The notes under the pieces: generated by a model | What the model was told of the DNA's origin: nothing | Databases searched by the model: none | Seen by the model: the letters and a program-made list of their open reading frames with translations, nothing else | Translations under genes and position numbers: made by a program | NCBI RefSeq assembly: GCF_006345805.1 | Contig: NC_042997.1 | Coordinates: 182,962,001 to 183,026,000 of the forward strand | Direction of reading: 5' to 3' | Origin: Octopus sinensis | Lineage: Eukaryota | Length of the DNA stretch: 64,000 nt | Part shown: positions 25,518 to 38,692 of the stretch, in pieces | Layout: every line of letters starts with the position of its first letter | How positions within the stretch are numbered: position 1 is the stretch's first letter

Positions 25518-25845
25518 CATCTTCTTCATTGTCCATACCATCATTTACATCATCACCACTATCACCACTACCCACCACCATCATCACATTCATCAGCATA
25601 ATCATCATTGTAATAGTTTCCATCATTATTTCCATAATTGTTGTTATTCCCATTACCATTGCCACCTCATCACTAATCATCACCACACATTTTTTTTCCC
25701 TCCATCAACCATCAACCATCAACTCACACAGCTCCACCTTTACCATCGCTGCTACTATCTCTAATAATCTCTTCTGTGACCATCATCACATTAACGATAG
25801 CTACCATCACATTGCCACCAGCAACTCTTCAATGAAGTACTGATG

Positions 25846-26040
25846 TTACAACAACAACAACAAAAACAACTATAACTACTACTACTACTACTACTGCTGC
25901 TGTTGCTACTATTGCCACTACTGCTATTACTGCTACTGTTGCTACTGCTGCTACAACTACTACTACTACAGCTGCTGCTACTACTAATACTACTACAGCT
26001 GCTGCTGCTATTACTACTACTACAGCTACTTCTGCTGCTG

Positions 26041-26083
<43 letters not shown>

Positions 26084-26620
26084 AGCTGCTGCTGCTACTA
26101 CTACTACAGCTGCTGCTGCTACTACTACTAGTACTACTACAGCTGCTGCTACTACTACTAGTACTGCTACAGCTGCTGCTACTACTACAGCTACTACTAC
26201 TACTACTACAGCTGCTGCTACTACTACTACTACTACTACTACAGCTGCTACTACTACTACTACTACTACACTGCTGCTACTACTACTACACTACTACTAC
26301 TACTACTACTACAGCTGCTGCTGCTGCTACTACTACTACAGCTGCTGCTGCTACTACTACTAGTACTATACAGCTGCTGCTACTACTACTAGTACTGCTA
26401 CAGCTGCTGCTACTACTACAGCTACTACTACTACTACAGCTGCTGCTACTACTACTACTACTACTACTACAGCTGCTACTACTACTACTACTACTACAGC
26501 TGCTACTACTACTACTACAGCTGCTGCTGCTGTTACTACTACTACTACTACAACTACAGCTGCTGCTGCTGCTGCTACTACTACTACTACTACTACTAAC
26601 TACTACTACTACTACTACCT
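25846..26620. repeat. complex (CTA/CTG/CAG)n trinucleotide array
   Basis: About 770 bp of CTA runs punctuated by CAGCTG. Confidence 0.95.
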
Positions 26621-26794
26621 TAACAACATTTGAAAAGAGCCTCACTGCTATCACTTCACAGCCACAATCTATACCACCGTGTATAACACTGAGATTTGTA
26701 TCATTTCCACCACCGCCATCACCACCACAGCAACTACTATTGTTTTAAATATCATTTGCTCCACAGCCACAATCTCATCATCAAGCATCTTCAC

Positions 26795-26965
26795 ACCCAC
26801 GTACACACACAATAGGATTTTTTCATGTACCAAATTCAATCACAAGGCTTCAGTCAGCTTGAGGCTATAACAGAAGATACTTGTCCAAGGTACCATGCAG
26901 TGGGACTGAAACCTAAACCATGTAGTTGAGAAGTAGGCTTTCTAACCTATACAGTCAAGCCTGCA
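26795..26965 (-). mobile_element. tRNA-derived SINE 5' part
   Basis: CACAAGGCTT...ACTTGTCCAAGGTACCATGCAGTGGGACTGAA, as in 13432-13750. Confidence 0.7.
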
Positions 26966-27834
26966 ACTATCTATATATTCAGTTCCTAGATCACTACCAT
27001 CACTAGATTAAATACCATTTCTTCCTCCTTCTGCCCCACTGCAACCAGAGCTGAATCAAATACCATTTCTTCCTCCTTCTGCCCCACTGCAACCAGAGCT
27101 GAATCAAATACCATTTCCTTCTCCAATACAACCATCATTATTACTACCACAAGGCTCAGTATTGCCGCTAATTGTGCAAAACATAATTTCCTCCACCGTG
27201 ATCATCACTATTGCTATACTTAAGTCCATCACTGTATTCAGTAGCACCACTAATTTATTAAATATCATTTCCATTCCCCAGCATTATTATCATGGTAACC
27301 ATAAGTATTAAATACCAACATAGGAGCCTCCTCTACATGGTTGCTTAACTCACTAGAAAGAACAACAAAATCTCCTTTAGTGTGGTTGTGATTTAGTTAA
27401 TGGGTAATTGATAATCAATAAAATTTGTGGACTGCATGTTCAGTTGAGAATTAATAAATAAAACATAATTTGTCATAACAAAATGCTGATATATAATACT
27501 ACAATGATTCATAATTAACAAGGACAGATTAAGTTAAGAATATAAGAACAGCTTACATGAGATTTACCAACAGCTGTGAGATGTCTTCAGCTGTTACTTA
27601 TATTTGAAGATAGAATAGAGGAGCCATTACATAGAGAAAAATATTACCTCCTGTAGACTCTGATAGCTCTCTTTTTAGTTAGATTTTCCCCTTTTTATAT
27701 ACCACCAGAAAAAAAAGTTCAAGAACATTCTATAAACCCTTTGGTGGGAAGATTTCAACTCACCATTTGATCTAATTAGTTGAACCACAATTTTTTTTGT
27801 GAGGTGGGATCCATGGTCTGAAACTGGGAAATAT

Positions 27835-28089
27835 GAATCGAGCGAGGTCGTTGCCAGTACTGCCTGACTGGCCCCATGCCAGTGGCACGTAAAAGCACCC
27901 ACTACACTCTCGGAGTGGTTGGTGTTAGGAAGGGCATCCAGCTGTAGAAACTCTGCTAGATCAAGATTGAAGCCTGGTGCAGCCATCTGGTTCGCCAGCC
28001 CTCAGTCATTCATCCAACCCATGCTAGCATGGAAAGCAGACATTAAACGATGATGATGATGGTGGTGGTGGTGGTGGTGGTGGTGGTGG

Positions 28090-28123
<34 letters not shown>
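27835..28123 (+). mobile_element. RTE 3' UTR copy
   Basis: GTGGCACGTAAAAGCACCCACTACACTCTCGGAGTGGTTGGTGTTAGGAAGGGCATCCAGCTG with a (GAT/GGT)n tail. Confidence 0.75.
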
Positions 28124-28124
<1 letters not shown>

Positions 28125-28929
28125 GTTCCCAATACACTGTCGTCTCACTTTACCCCATCAAAATGCCCCAGTCAGTCATAAAAAAATTAAGTTGGATAAT
28201 GTGGTACAGGGTTCCATTGACAGTATGGTTGGACCTTTAATCATAAATTTACTAGATTAGAGCTAAATTGGTGCTGAACATCAACAACATTTTATCCACT
28301 ACTAACACAGTTAAACACCATTTCCTTCATCACAGACATTACTGTTGTCATTCACATAATTTTCTTCATTTATCTATGAGGGACAAAAAAGTCAAAATAA
28401 GCAATCAATCACCCGTTTTATTAATACTAAACATATTTACATACTAAATTAACTAATTCCATTGTTGTAAGGAGTGCCACCTAATTTTCTAATAACATTA
28501 CTACAAATCATCACACTATATTTTTTGTCAACTCTACAATGAAATGCCTCCACCATGTGGCATAGAAAGCACTTCTACATGGTTATTTGGCCTGCTAGAA
28601 ATAGAAGCCACACCCTTCTGTCTTAAAATAACAAAGTACACATTTGATAATCTTGTCCAAGATCCATTTTGATAAGAAAAAAAAAAGATAGGTTATTCAA
28701 GCTGCGATATGTTTGATTAGACTGATTCAGTTATGGTTGACTTAGGAACAAGCTAAAAGTAGAATACACCAGATAATGTGTTTATACATAAATTCAAGGA
28801 CCTAATAGGATAGGATGCTCATATTTAAAAAGTCAAACATGGTAGAGTTGTTCAATCAGGCTTGGCCTGAGGTTAAACCAACACCATGTAAAAGTAAACA
28901 ACAACAACATCATCATCATGGGAACCAAT

Positions 28930-29353
28930 CAGCAGCCCTGACAATGATCACGCTTGGATGGTGCTCTTAATGTTCCACTGTCACGAGTGTCAATCAGGTG
29001 GTGGTGTCATCGGCCACATCAGCGATTTTGATTTTGATTTCACTTGCCTCAACAGTTCTTCGCAAGCAAAGTTTATTGTCCAATGAATGAGAGGTATTCA
29101 TAAGTGAGCTGGTTACACCCACTGGCATAGGCCATGGGCTATGGTCTCACTTGGCTTGTTGGGTCTTCTCAAGTACAACATATCTCCAAATGTCTCAGTC
29201 ACTAGTCATTGCTTCGGTAAGGCCCAATGTTCGAAGGTCGTGCTTCACCACCTCATCCCAGGTCTTCCTGTGTCTACTTCTTTCACAGGTTCCTTCAACT
29301 GCTAGGGTGTGACAATTTTTCACACAGCTGTCCTCATTCATTTGCAACACATG
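28930..29353 (-). mobile_element. RTE LINE ORF C-terminus and start of 3' UTR
   Basis: HVLQMNEDSCVKNCHTLAVEGTCERSRHRKTWDEVVKHDLRTLGLTEAMTSD. Confidence 0.85.
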
Positions 29354-29390
29354 ACATACATACATACACATGCATACATACATACATACA

Positions 29391-29421
<31 letters not shown>

Positions 29422-30589
29422 GTATACATGCACACGTATATAAACAAAAAGTAGATGGGAGAGGTAAAGTATATTTAATATTTCCGTGGAGATTACAGCT
29501 GTTTCATAATGTACTTCAAGTTACATCATTAAGTTAGGTACATATATATGGATTATATATATTATACATCTGTACATACGCCATATATATATAAATATAT
29601 ATATATATATGCATACATGTCTCTCTCTCTTTAACTCACTCACTCATACAGGCACTGTACAATACATTCGTATATAATACAGAAGAGAGGTTATTAATCT
29701 TTAGACCATATTCCTGATATATGGGATAGATCTTTGAACCTATTTTGATTATATATATAGAAAGAGAGGTAGTGAAGTAGATAAACACAGGATGCTTGTG
29801 TAGATTTACATGGAGCACAAGATACAGATCACGAAATAAAGAAAAACAGACACCAAAACATAATAATTATTATATAAAGTCTTTAATATAAATATCATAA
29901 TCACGTTGATAAATATGCTGTAGTTAACTAAATGCAGTATTTTGGGAGTGGGAGCAAAGCAATTAGCAAAAGAGCTTAATAGAAAATCCAAAAGATTTTG
30001 AGTGATTAACATACGCCATGATATACAGCAATGCTAATAAGAAGAAACACTTGAAAGTAAAATGGGGTCACATATTGAAAATGTATGACAATTTGAAAAG
30101 CTTCGAAGTAACTGTCATTTTCTAAAAAAAGCAAATATTTAACCCATTATTTCATTTCTGTATTGAATTAATGCTTTTTTTAAATTTCTATATATATATT
30201 TAAAAAAAACACACACAGAAACGGAGAGAGGGGTTAGATAGACAGATAGATAGATACATACATACATACATACATACATGCGTACAGACAGACAGACAGA
30301 CAGACAGAGGGAGAGAGAGATATACACGCGTGAGAAATTTAATTTAAACCAATCGGTGGGGAAGGCATACTAAATAGACGGTAAAAAAAAATGTATAACT
30401 GAATTTGACGAACAAAAGGTATGAGTCCCGTTATATTCGAGATCGCCACTGTACTCAAATACCACTCTGTGTGTATGTGTGTGTGTGTGTGTGTTGTGTC
30501 CGTGTGCGTGTGTGTATGTGTTGTATATGTGTATGGGTGTGTGTGTGCGTGTTTATATATACACGTGAATTTGCTAATGGAAGTAAACG

Positions 30590-31212
30590 GGCAAGACTTC
30601 CTTTTGTATCCCCCAACCTCACCCCTTAAATTTTTAAAAATTTTCTACACAAACCCCCATTTTCGGTTACGGAGAATACGAATCTGCAAAATAAAAAACT
30701 GACAAAAATCGGCATTTTCAAATCCCTCCCCCCCCCCCCCCATTTCTTCGTTTTGTAACTTTTTTCAGAAATTATTTTTTTCAAAATATGCGGAAAAATA
30801 CGATACGGAGATTATGATATTCTGAAAAAAATTTCCTAAATTTTTTGTAAAATTTCAATAAAAAAAAATACACCTCCCCCTCCCCTCGAAGTGTACGGCT
30901 ACTTTTTTCAGAATTTTTTTTTTTATTTTTCAAAATATGCGGAAAAATACGGACGGAGGTTATGATTCTGAAACAAATTTCCAAAAATTTTTGTAGTTAG
31001 GGTTAGAGTTGGGGTTTTAGGGTTAGGGTTAAGGTTTTATGGTTAGGGTTACGGTTAGCGAAAAAAGCCAAATATGAAGAAATTGGGGAGAGAACGGGGG
31101 GGAAATTTCAAAATGCCGATTTTTGGCAATTTTCGAGAATCTCCGTATCTGAAAATGGGGGCGTTTAGCAAAAAAAAAAAAAAAATGGAGCGGAAATGGG
31201 AGGAAGTCTTCC
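30590..31212. mobile_element. GG-ended MITE with internal TTAGGG-like tract (Merlin-like)
   Basis: TIRs GGCAAGACTTCCT / AGGAAGTCTTCC; imperfect 8-bp TSD AGTAAACG/CGAAAACG; internal direct repeat; GTTAGGGTTAG tract at ~30995-31058. Confidence 0.7.
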
Positions 31213-31397
31213 CGAAAACGTACTACATGTAGTACAGTTTATTCGTCTGTAGACGATGATTCACTCCGTTGACGAGGCAATGATGAAAAACTCAGTTTCA
31301 GCGGAGTGGCTCAAGACCTTCGAATGAGTACATTCATACATTCACACACACACACATATTTCATTTGAGTATGTACATAAATTTATTTTTATACATA

Positions 31398-31429
<32 letters not shown>

Positions 31430-31626
31430 CATATATGCATATGTATATATGTGTATATGTATTTATATGCATGTGCATATGCGCATATACACATTTTATA
31501 CCTACTCAAACATAGTTGACAGACAGATAGATAGACAGATGGATCAATTTGCGCGTATGTTTGCGCATGTGTGCATATGTGTATGTGTGTGTAAAATGTA
31601 TAGATGTCTATATGTATGTGTGTGAG

Positions 31627-31707
<81 letters not shown>

Positions 31708-33027
31708 TGGTTAATTTCTATCCCCAACTTTTCTCAATGTGAATCCTTTCAGACGATGACTAAATCATTTCCCTATCCGAGGCAACAGCCATGTCTAGAA
31801 ACTTTGAGTAACCGATTAGTTAGACATCCTTTTCGTATCGTGCATCTGATACAATCCTCCATATTTACATTTTTTTTTTTCATATTTTTTAGTATTGGAG
31901 TTCGATAATTTTTCTTTCTCTCGCTAAGTACTTTGAATAGATACTATTTGTTTTACACGAATGTGGAATCATTATATGTCTAGTTAACACCCACACGTAC
32001 GCACAGAATTCATATTTGTTTAGTTAACACACACACACGCACACAGAATCCAAATTTTAACCAACACACACATGACACATACACACGCACATGCATCCCC
32101 ATACACGCGTAACTCTACCATAAATCTGGGCAAACATGAAGAAAAGGAAGGACTCAATACAAAATATAGAGTTCTGCATTTATGGAGGAGGCGGTTTGCG
32201 ACGCGCACGTGTGTGTGTATATTTATATAATATCAGTATGCCGTGTTACTACAATCACTTATATTTTCAGAACACGATCTTTCGATAAAACCCAATATTT
32301 AACTAAAAATAAATATATTTTACAATAATATTGTCTACTATCAGCCTTGAAGGCAGTGCCCCCATAATGGCCGCAGTCCATGGAGACCAGTAATGTGTGT
32401 ATATACACATACATGTTTACATATTTTTTAATATATGTGTGTATGTGTGTGTGTGTGTGTGTGTGTACTTTATTTGTGGGTTAAAAATACGCACGTGTGT
32501 GTGTGTGTGTGTTCGTGCGTGCATGTGTGTCTAGTAATTATATAGAAAATTATGTTGTAACTGTTGTGAAAACGGTTTTGGACAAAGGATTACACGCGAA
32601 AAGATTCAGAGCGATAATGTACGCCGCGTTATATCAAGTTCAGCTAAGACTCGCGAGTCCTCTATTGAAATACAACGATTTGAAAAAGAAAAATCAACTC
32701 TCAGTTTTAAAAAAATAAATAATTTTATATATTCAAGTTGTTTATTCGGTTAATCTTTTTGTTTTCATTATAAAAATAAGCACACACACACACAGAGGCA
32801 CACATATTTACTAACATATATGTGCGCGGTAACGTGGTTTATTCCTTCGAAGCTGATAAATCAGTCCATTTGAATACTCAGTTTTTGTACACAAAAAAAA
32901 TCGTCTTTCATTCGCTTGCGTAATCAAGGAATCGATTATCAGCTACCAACGAATATATATATAATACTCAGAGTTTCACGTTCCCGTTCGTTGGATAGTT
33001 GTGGTTTAGAATGGAACATATATATAT

Positions 33028-33097
<70 letters not shown>

Positions 33098-33932
33098 ATA
33101 AATAATTCAGAAACTTCGAGGGAATATGAACTTATTCTCTTTTAAAACAGTTTATTTAACTCGAAACAAATAAAGCTATGAAAGCTTATGAATATTGGAT
33201 TAATTTCTTCTCAAATTCTTTCAATTTGCAATCTTTCTGACGATGGCAAAATCGTTTTAATGCCCATATAGTAACTGAGCAATCGAGGAGTTAAATATAC
33301 GTGTCTTCTTAAATTCGTTCGCTGTTTTAGTTTTCTCAGTTGAGAACATTTGTTACTCATGAAATATTTTTTTTCTCGCTGAGCATGTAAAACAATACCT
33401 GTATCACACGAACGTGAAATACCGGTTGAGTTATCACACACACGCACACACGCGCGTGAATGAAACTGCATATCGAATTTCGAAATATAATAAATATCTG
33501 TCCATCCATCACAATTTCTAAATAACAATAGACATAATTAAAATATTCATAGCCTTTTCTCAAATTTTCTGTGTTCTGATTTTTTTTTTATAAAATGGGA
33601 TTGGCTCATTTATCTTATGCTAAGGAGCTTTTTCTTATTATCATTATTAATAATAATAATATTAACGAGTTAAAGGAATATGTGTATCTGTGTGTTCTGA
33701 ATTTATTGCTTTTTTTACAAACAATTTCAACGTTTGCAGACGTAACGTTTCTGTGTCCTGTACGTCATCAGCGTACGGTTCATACGTAACGAGAATATGC
33801 AAATGAGGGCGAAGTAATACATACATTCATGCATGCATACACACGTACTACGTATGTGTGTGTGTATTGTGTATACATAAATTCATTATGTATGTATATA
33901 CATATATATATATGTATATACATATATATATA

Positions 33933-33963
<31 letters not shown>

Positions 33964-33966
<3 letters not shown>

Positions 33967-34422
33967 GTTAGTATTATTATTACTATAACCGCAGCAGCAG
34001 TACTAACAATAGCAGTAGTAGCAGCAGCAGCAGTGGTCGTGGTAGAAAAAGAAATAATGGCAGTAATTTATCAAATTTGCGTTACATATCTTGAATAAGC
34101 AAGAGATTATATGTATATGTATCTCTCTCTCTCTCTCTCTCTCTACAACGAAAAAACAGAGTACAAGACATACAACACAAGGAATATTCCACTTCTTCAG
34201 TCGCCCGTTTCGACTACTCATATATAAACGGGCAACTGAAGAAGCGGAATATTCTTTGTGTTGTATGTCTTGTACTCTGTTTTTTCGTTGTTTGAAAAAA
34301 GTCCGTTTCCATGTTTTCGCTTCTCATTGTGTTCTACGTTTTTTTTTTTTTTGGTGTTCTGTACCCATATATGCATGTATATATACATATGTATATATGC
34401 ATATGTTTTATTTATTATTTTG

Positions 34423-34503
<81 letters not shown>

Positions 34504-34622
34504 TACATATAATCTCTTGCTTATTCAAGGTATGTAACCCAAATTTGATAAATTACCGCCATTAGTTCTTTTTCTACCACGACCACTGCTGCTGCGGTTA
34601 TAGTAATAATAATACTAACTAT
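33964..34622. repeat. nested palindrome (inverted duplication)
   Basis: 33964-34144 is reverse-complementary to 34471-34622; inner hairpin 34145-34210 / 34226-34291. Confidence 0.85.
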
Positions 34623-36139
34623 TATAATGTATGCCGATCGCTCGTAACCGGGAGAAAGAGCACTGTCGATTAAACGCACTTTAGTACTCGGCAGGTACTT
34701 TATTTTATCCACTCCGTGCGGGATGAAAGGCGAAATTGACAATAATGTTGAACTATTTTATTATCATTGTCGCAAGGACGGCAAATATATATTTTTTTTT
34801 AAATACCACCCTATTTTTAATAAAGCTACTATTTGATCACAACCATTAGCGTTCATGTCACCATTATGAACTCTACGATCACCATCACCACTACCATCCC
34901 GGCCTTACTACTCCTACTACTACTACTGCTGGTGCCACTACTACTACTGCACTGTTACTACTGCCCCTCCTTCTCTTCCTACTACTACTACTACTACTAC
35001 TACCACATAATAATAATCGTGACTACGGTTATGCTTATTATTATTATCAGTGAAGCTACCATCAGCAAGACTCAAAGATGGAAGCCCTCCGAATGATCGC
35101 TCTATCAACTAGAAATAGCACCGACTAAATTTCCTCCAAATTATATTCTATCGTTAAATAAAGTGAGACTTATTGGAAAATGCAGTTGTAGGTATATAAT
35201 TACAGAGAAACAAAAACAAAAAATAGGAAGGTATGATTACGGATGGAGGGGTTTTCGTCGTAATTAACTCGATCAGAACGGACTTGGGACTAACCAGCGA
35301 CGAAATATGCTTCTACGTTGTCGCTTGATCTGCTTGACAACGGATCAGGTAATCCATTTATAGTCTCTAATAAAAATAGAAATAAAAGCAGATACGATGG
35401 TTACGACTGGTCTATTAGATTAAACTTGAGGCTAAACTACAATATTATCGCCATTATTACAGATAACACTAACCTAATTCAGTGCCTGCTATTTAACACA
35501 ACCATCATCATCACCACCACTATCATTAATGTGTTCGAATCCATCTTCACTACAACTGCTGTATAAAATAGCATGTCCTCACCTATACACCGCCATTATC
35601 TAGATATGCAATACCATCATCACTACCAACACTATATAACCTTACCACTTCCTCTTTTTCCTCTTCCTCCTCCACTTCCTCTTCTCTTCCTTCTTCTTCC
35701 ACCACTGTTGTATTAAAGTACTATTTCCTCCGCCACGATCAATGCATCAAATGCCACTTCCTCGATTTCCATTACCACCAACACCATCGCCTCCACCACC
35801 ACCACCACCAATACCACCGTCTTTGCCATCAACACCGCTGTCGCCACTGTCACCAATGTCACCATCTCCACCACCGCCATCATCAATGACAACAACAACT
35901 GTCTCACCCCTACCACTACTGTATCATATGCTATTTAAATGGCGGGGAGTTAGTAGAATCGCTGGAGTATCAGAGAAAATGCCTTAGTTCAACTTTGCCT
36001 TTTTTTTTCATGCTTTTGAGAGACGATAAAATTAAACTACCAATCAAGTACTAAAGTCGATGGCATCTCTTTAACATTGATGGCCTTATGCTAAAATTAG
36101 AAGCCTTTAAATTAGAAATCTTAAATTAGAAACCTTTCG

Positions 36140-36900
36140 CTAACCACTACTCTTACTGTTAAATACAATTTTTTTCTCTCACTCTTACCACCACCACCAC
36201 CACCACCACCAATTATTTAATACCATTTTCCCCACCATCACCAAAATTAAAACCGTTTTCTCCACTACCACCACTACTATTAAATTCCATCTACTCCACC
36301 ATCATCGCCAATATTAAATACAATTTCACCACCACCGCTATAAGATACCATTTCCCCCACCACTATTAAATACCATTTTCCCCACCACCACCACCACCAT
36401 AAAATACTATTTTCTTCACTGCCACCACTGCTATTAAATGCCATTTTCTCCACCACCCCTATTTTCGTTAAATACCATTTTCTCTACCACTACCAATATT
36501 AAACTATCTTCTCCACTACCGCCATCACCACTAATAAATTTTGGTACGAGACCAGCAAATTCGGAGGAGGAATAAGTCGATACATTGACCCTAGTGTACA
36601 ACCGGTAAGTTATTTTATCGTTCTCCGAAAGGATGAAAAGCAAAGTCGATCCAGGCTGTATTTGAATTCAGTACGTAAAGTCGGTAGAAATGTCGCTAAA
36701 CATTTTCCCGGGCGCGGTAACCATTCTGCCCGCTCGCCGCCTTGATCACCACCAATATTAAAGTACCATTTTATCCACCATCACAACTATTAAATACCAT
36801 TTTCCCCACCACCACCTCTAGTATTAAATACCATTTTCTCCACTATTACCACCGCCACCAATACCATCACTACGACTTTTGTATTAAATTCCATTTCCTT
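36140..36900. repeat. degenerate ~30-bp minisatellite (CCACCACTATTAAATACCATTTTC)
   Basis: Recurrent ATTAAATACCATTTT motif with (CCA)n spacers; interrupted by a SINE. Confidence 0.65.
36520..36743 (-). mobile_element. Nin-like SINE
   Basis: GAAAGGATGAAAAGCAAAGTCG...CTGCCCGCTCGCCGCCTT (reverse complement of the head). Confidence 0.7.
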
Positions 36901-36973
36901 AACAATTACTACAACTGTGTCAAGTAACATATCCTCCACTATCATTATCTCTATATTCAATACTATTATCACG

Positions 36974-37330
36974 GGAGGTGCAATGGCCCAGTGGTTAGGG
37001 CAGCGGACTCGCGGTCATAGGATCGGGCGTTGTGAGTGTTTATTGAGCGAAAACACCTAAAAGCTCCACGAGGCTCCGGCAGGTGATGGTGGTGATCCCT
37101 GCTGTACTCTTTCACCACAACTTTCTCTCACTCTTACTTCCTGTTTCTGTTGTACCTGTATGTCAAGGGGCCGGCCTTGTCACTCTCTGTGTCACGCTGA
37201 ATATCCGTTAAGGGTGCACGTGTCTGTGGAGTGCTCAGCCACTTACACGTTAATTTCATGAGCAGGCTGTTCTGTTGATTCGGATCAACCGGAACCCTCA
37301 TCGTCGTAACCGACGGAGTGCTTCCATCCA
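36974..37330 (+). mobile_element. tRNA-derived SINE with 13-bp TSD
   Basis: GAGGTGCAATGGCCCAGTGGTTAGGGCAGCGGACTCGCGGTC head; flanking direct repeat ACTATTATCACGG. Confidence 0.85.
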
Positions 37331-38005
37331 CTATTATCACGGTAATGAATATAATTTCTTTCATCGTTATCACTGTATCGATGTCACCAATATTACTGTA
37401 TTAAATATCAACTACCGTCGCTATCATTGTATTCAATACTACCACTGCCACAAGCGTACTACTTCTACCACGATCACTATCAAATGTACTACTTCTATCA
37501 CGATCACTATCTTTATCAAATGTCAGTTCTTCCACCATAATGATCAGCGTAGTCAAAATCACCGATGGGTCTTCGTCGTTTCACATAGAAGTCTCACTTT
37601 TTCGATCATCGACTGAATTTCCTACTCCTAAATTAACAAACAAGTGACTAAAAGAGGCATAGGCAACCTTTTTAGAGAAGCGGGCCGCATGACACGTGGA
37701 TCATCATCAGGCGGACTATACTACGAAAATATTTCAAGGTAATTCTTAGTTGGGCGTGTCCAACAAAATTTCACTCACCACTAGTTTCCAGGTTTGATTC
37801 TACTGCGTAGCACCTTGGGCAGATGTCATTTTCTGTAGCCTCGGAGAGACATATTGCCGATATAAACCCAGGCACCAGTTATATTTCACTTTTGTTATTG
37901 TTGTCGTTTTTAACATTAATCAACTACAGTTCTATATTTAAGAGATGAGGAATTATGTACATTATTTACATTTGACGGATATTTGTCCTCATCTTGTGTG
38001 TTGTT

Positions 38006-38051
38006 AACACAACGTTTCGGCTGATATACCCTCCAGCCTTCTTCAGGTGTC
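38006..38051 (-). ncRNA. minimal type-I hammerhead ribozyme (intact core)
   Basis: GACAC-CUGAAGA-a-GGCUG(gagggUAUAU)CAGCC-GAAA-CG-UU-GUGUU; palindromic stem III AACGTT. Confidence 0.8.
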
Positions 38052-38142
38052 TCGGGGAACTTTCGAACCTGGGTTCTCATTCCTGAAGTATTTTTCGATG
38101 TTGCTGTTGTTATTATTGTTGTTGTTATTATCATTATTATAA

Positions 38143-38404
38143 TTCTTTAAATGTCAACGCAGTCCACATTTTTTTATGCGAGATGTCATCTAAGAGCACA
38201 CGGTAGAGAAAAATTGCTATACTTTCTCTACTTAGGGAAAATACACAAAGCTTTTAAGCACTCTTCCCCATGGAGATCTGATGAAGAAAACTACAAATAA
38301 AATTTTAAAATTCCTTTGGAGAAATTTAAAAAAAAAGGATAAAGCGACGAAAGGTGTGACTCGTACAGTTAGAACATAGAAGAAGAAGAAGAAGAAGAAG
38401 AAGA
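38143..38404 (+). mobile_element. unclassified (GAA)n-tailed repeat, truncated copy
   Basis: Reverse complement of ~40516-40824; inserted in the (ATT)n linker of HHR-SINE copy 2. Confidence 0.7.
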
Positions 38405-38601
38405 ATATTATTAATATTATTATTATTATATTATTATTATTATTATTATTATTATTATCATCATCATTATTATTTTTCAGGTCACTGCCTGGAATCGAAC
38501 TCGGAATCTTGGGGTTAGTAGCCCCAAGAGCGCGGGCTACTAACCCCAAGATTCCGAGTTCGATTCCAGGCAGTGACCTGAAAAAAAAAAAAAAAAAATA
38601 A

Positions 38602-38692
<91 letters not shown>

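Noticed and set aside
25903-26748. 281-aa poly-Leu/Gln ORF
   Set aside because: Translation of a (CTA/CTG/CAG)n microsatellite; no domain.
29480-29575. Additional degenerate hammerheads (also ~17660, ~27570, ~31750, ~60690)
   Set aside because: Only partial motifs (GAAA plus stem III) remain; the catalytic core is missing or mutated.
38278-38300. CTGATGA as a hammerhead core
   Set aside because: No stem II/GAAA/stem III arrangement follows.
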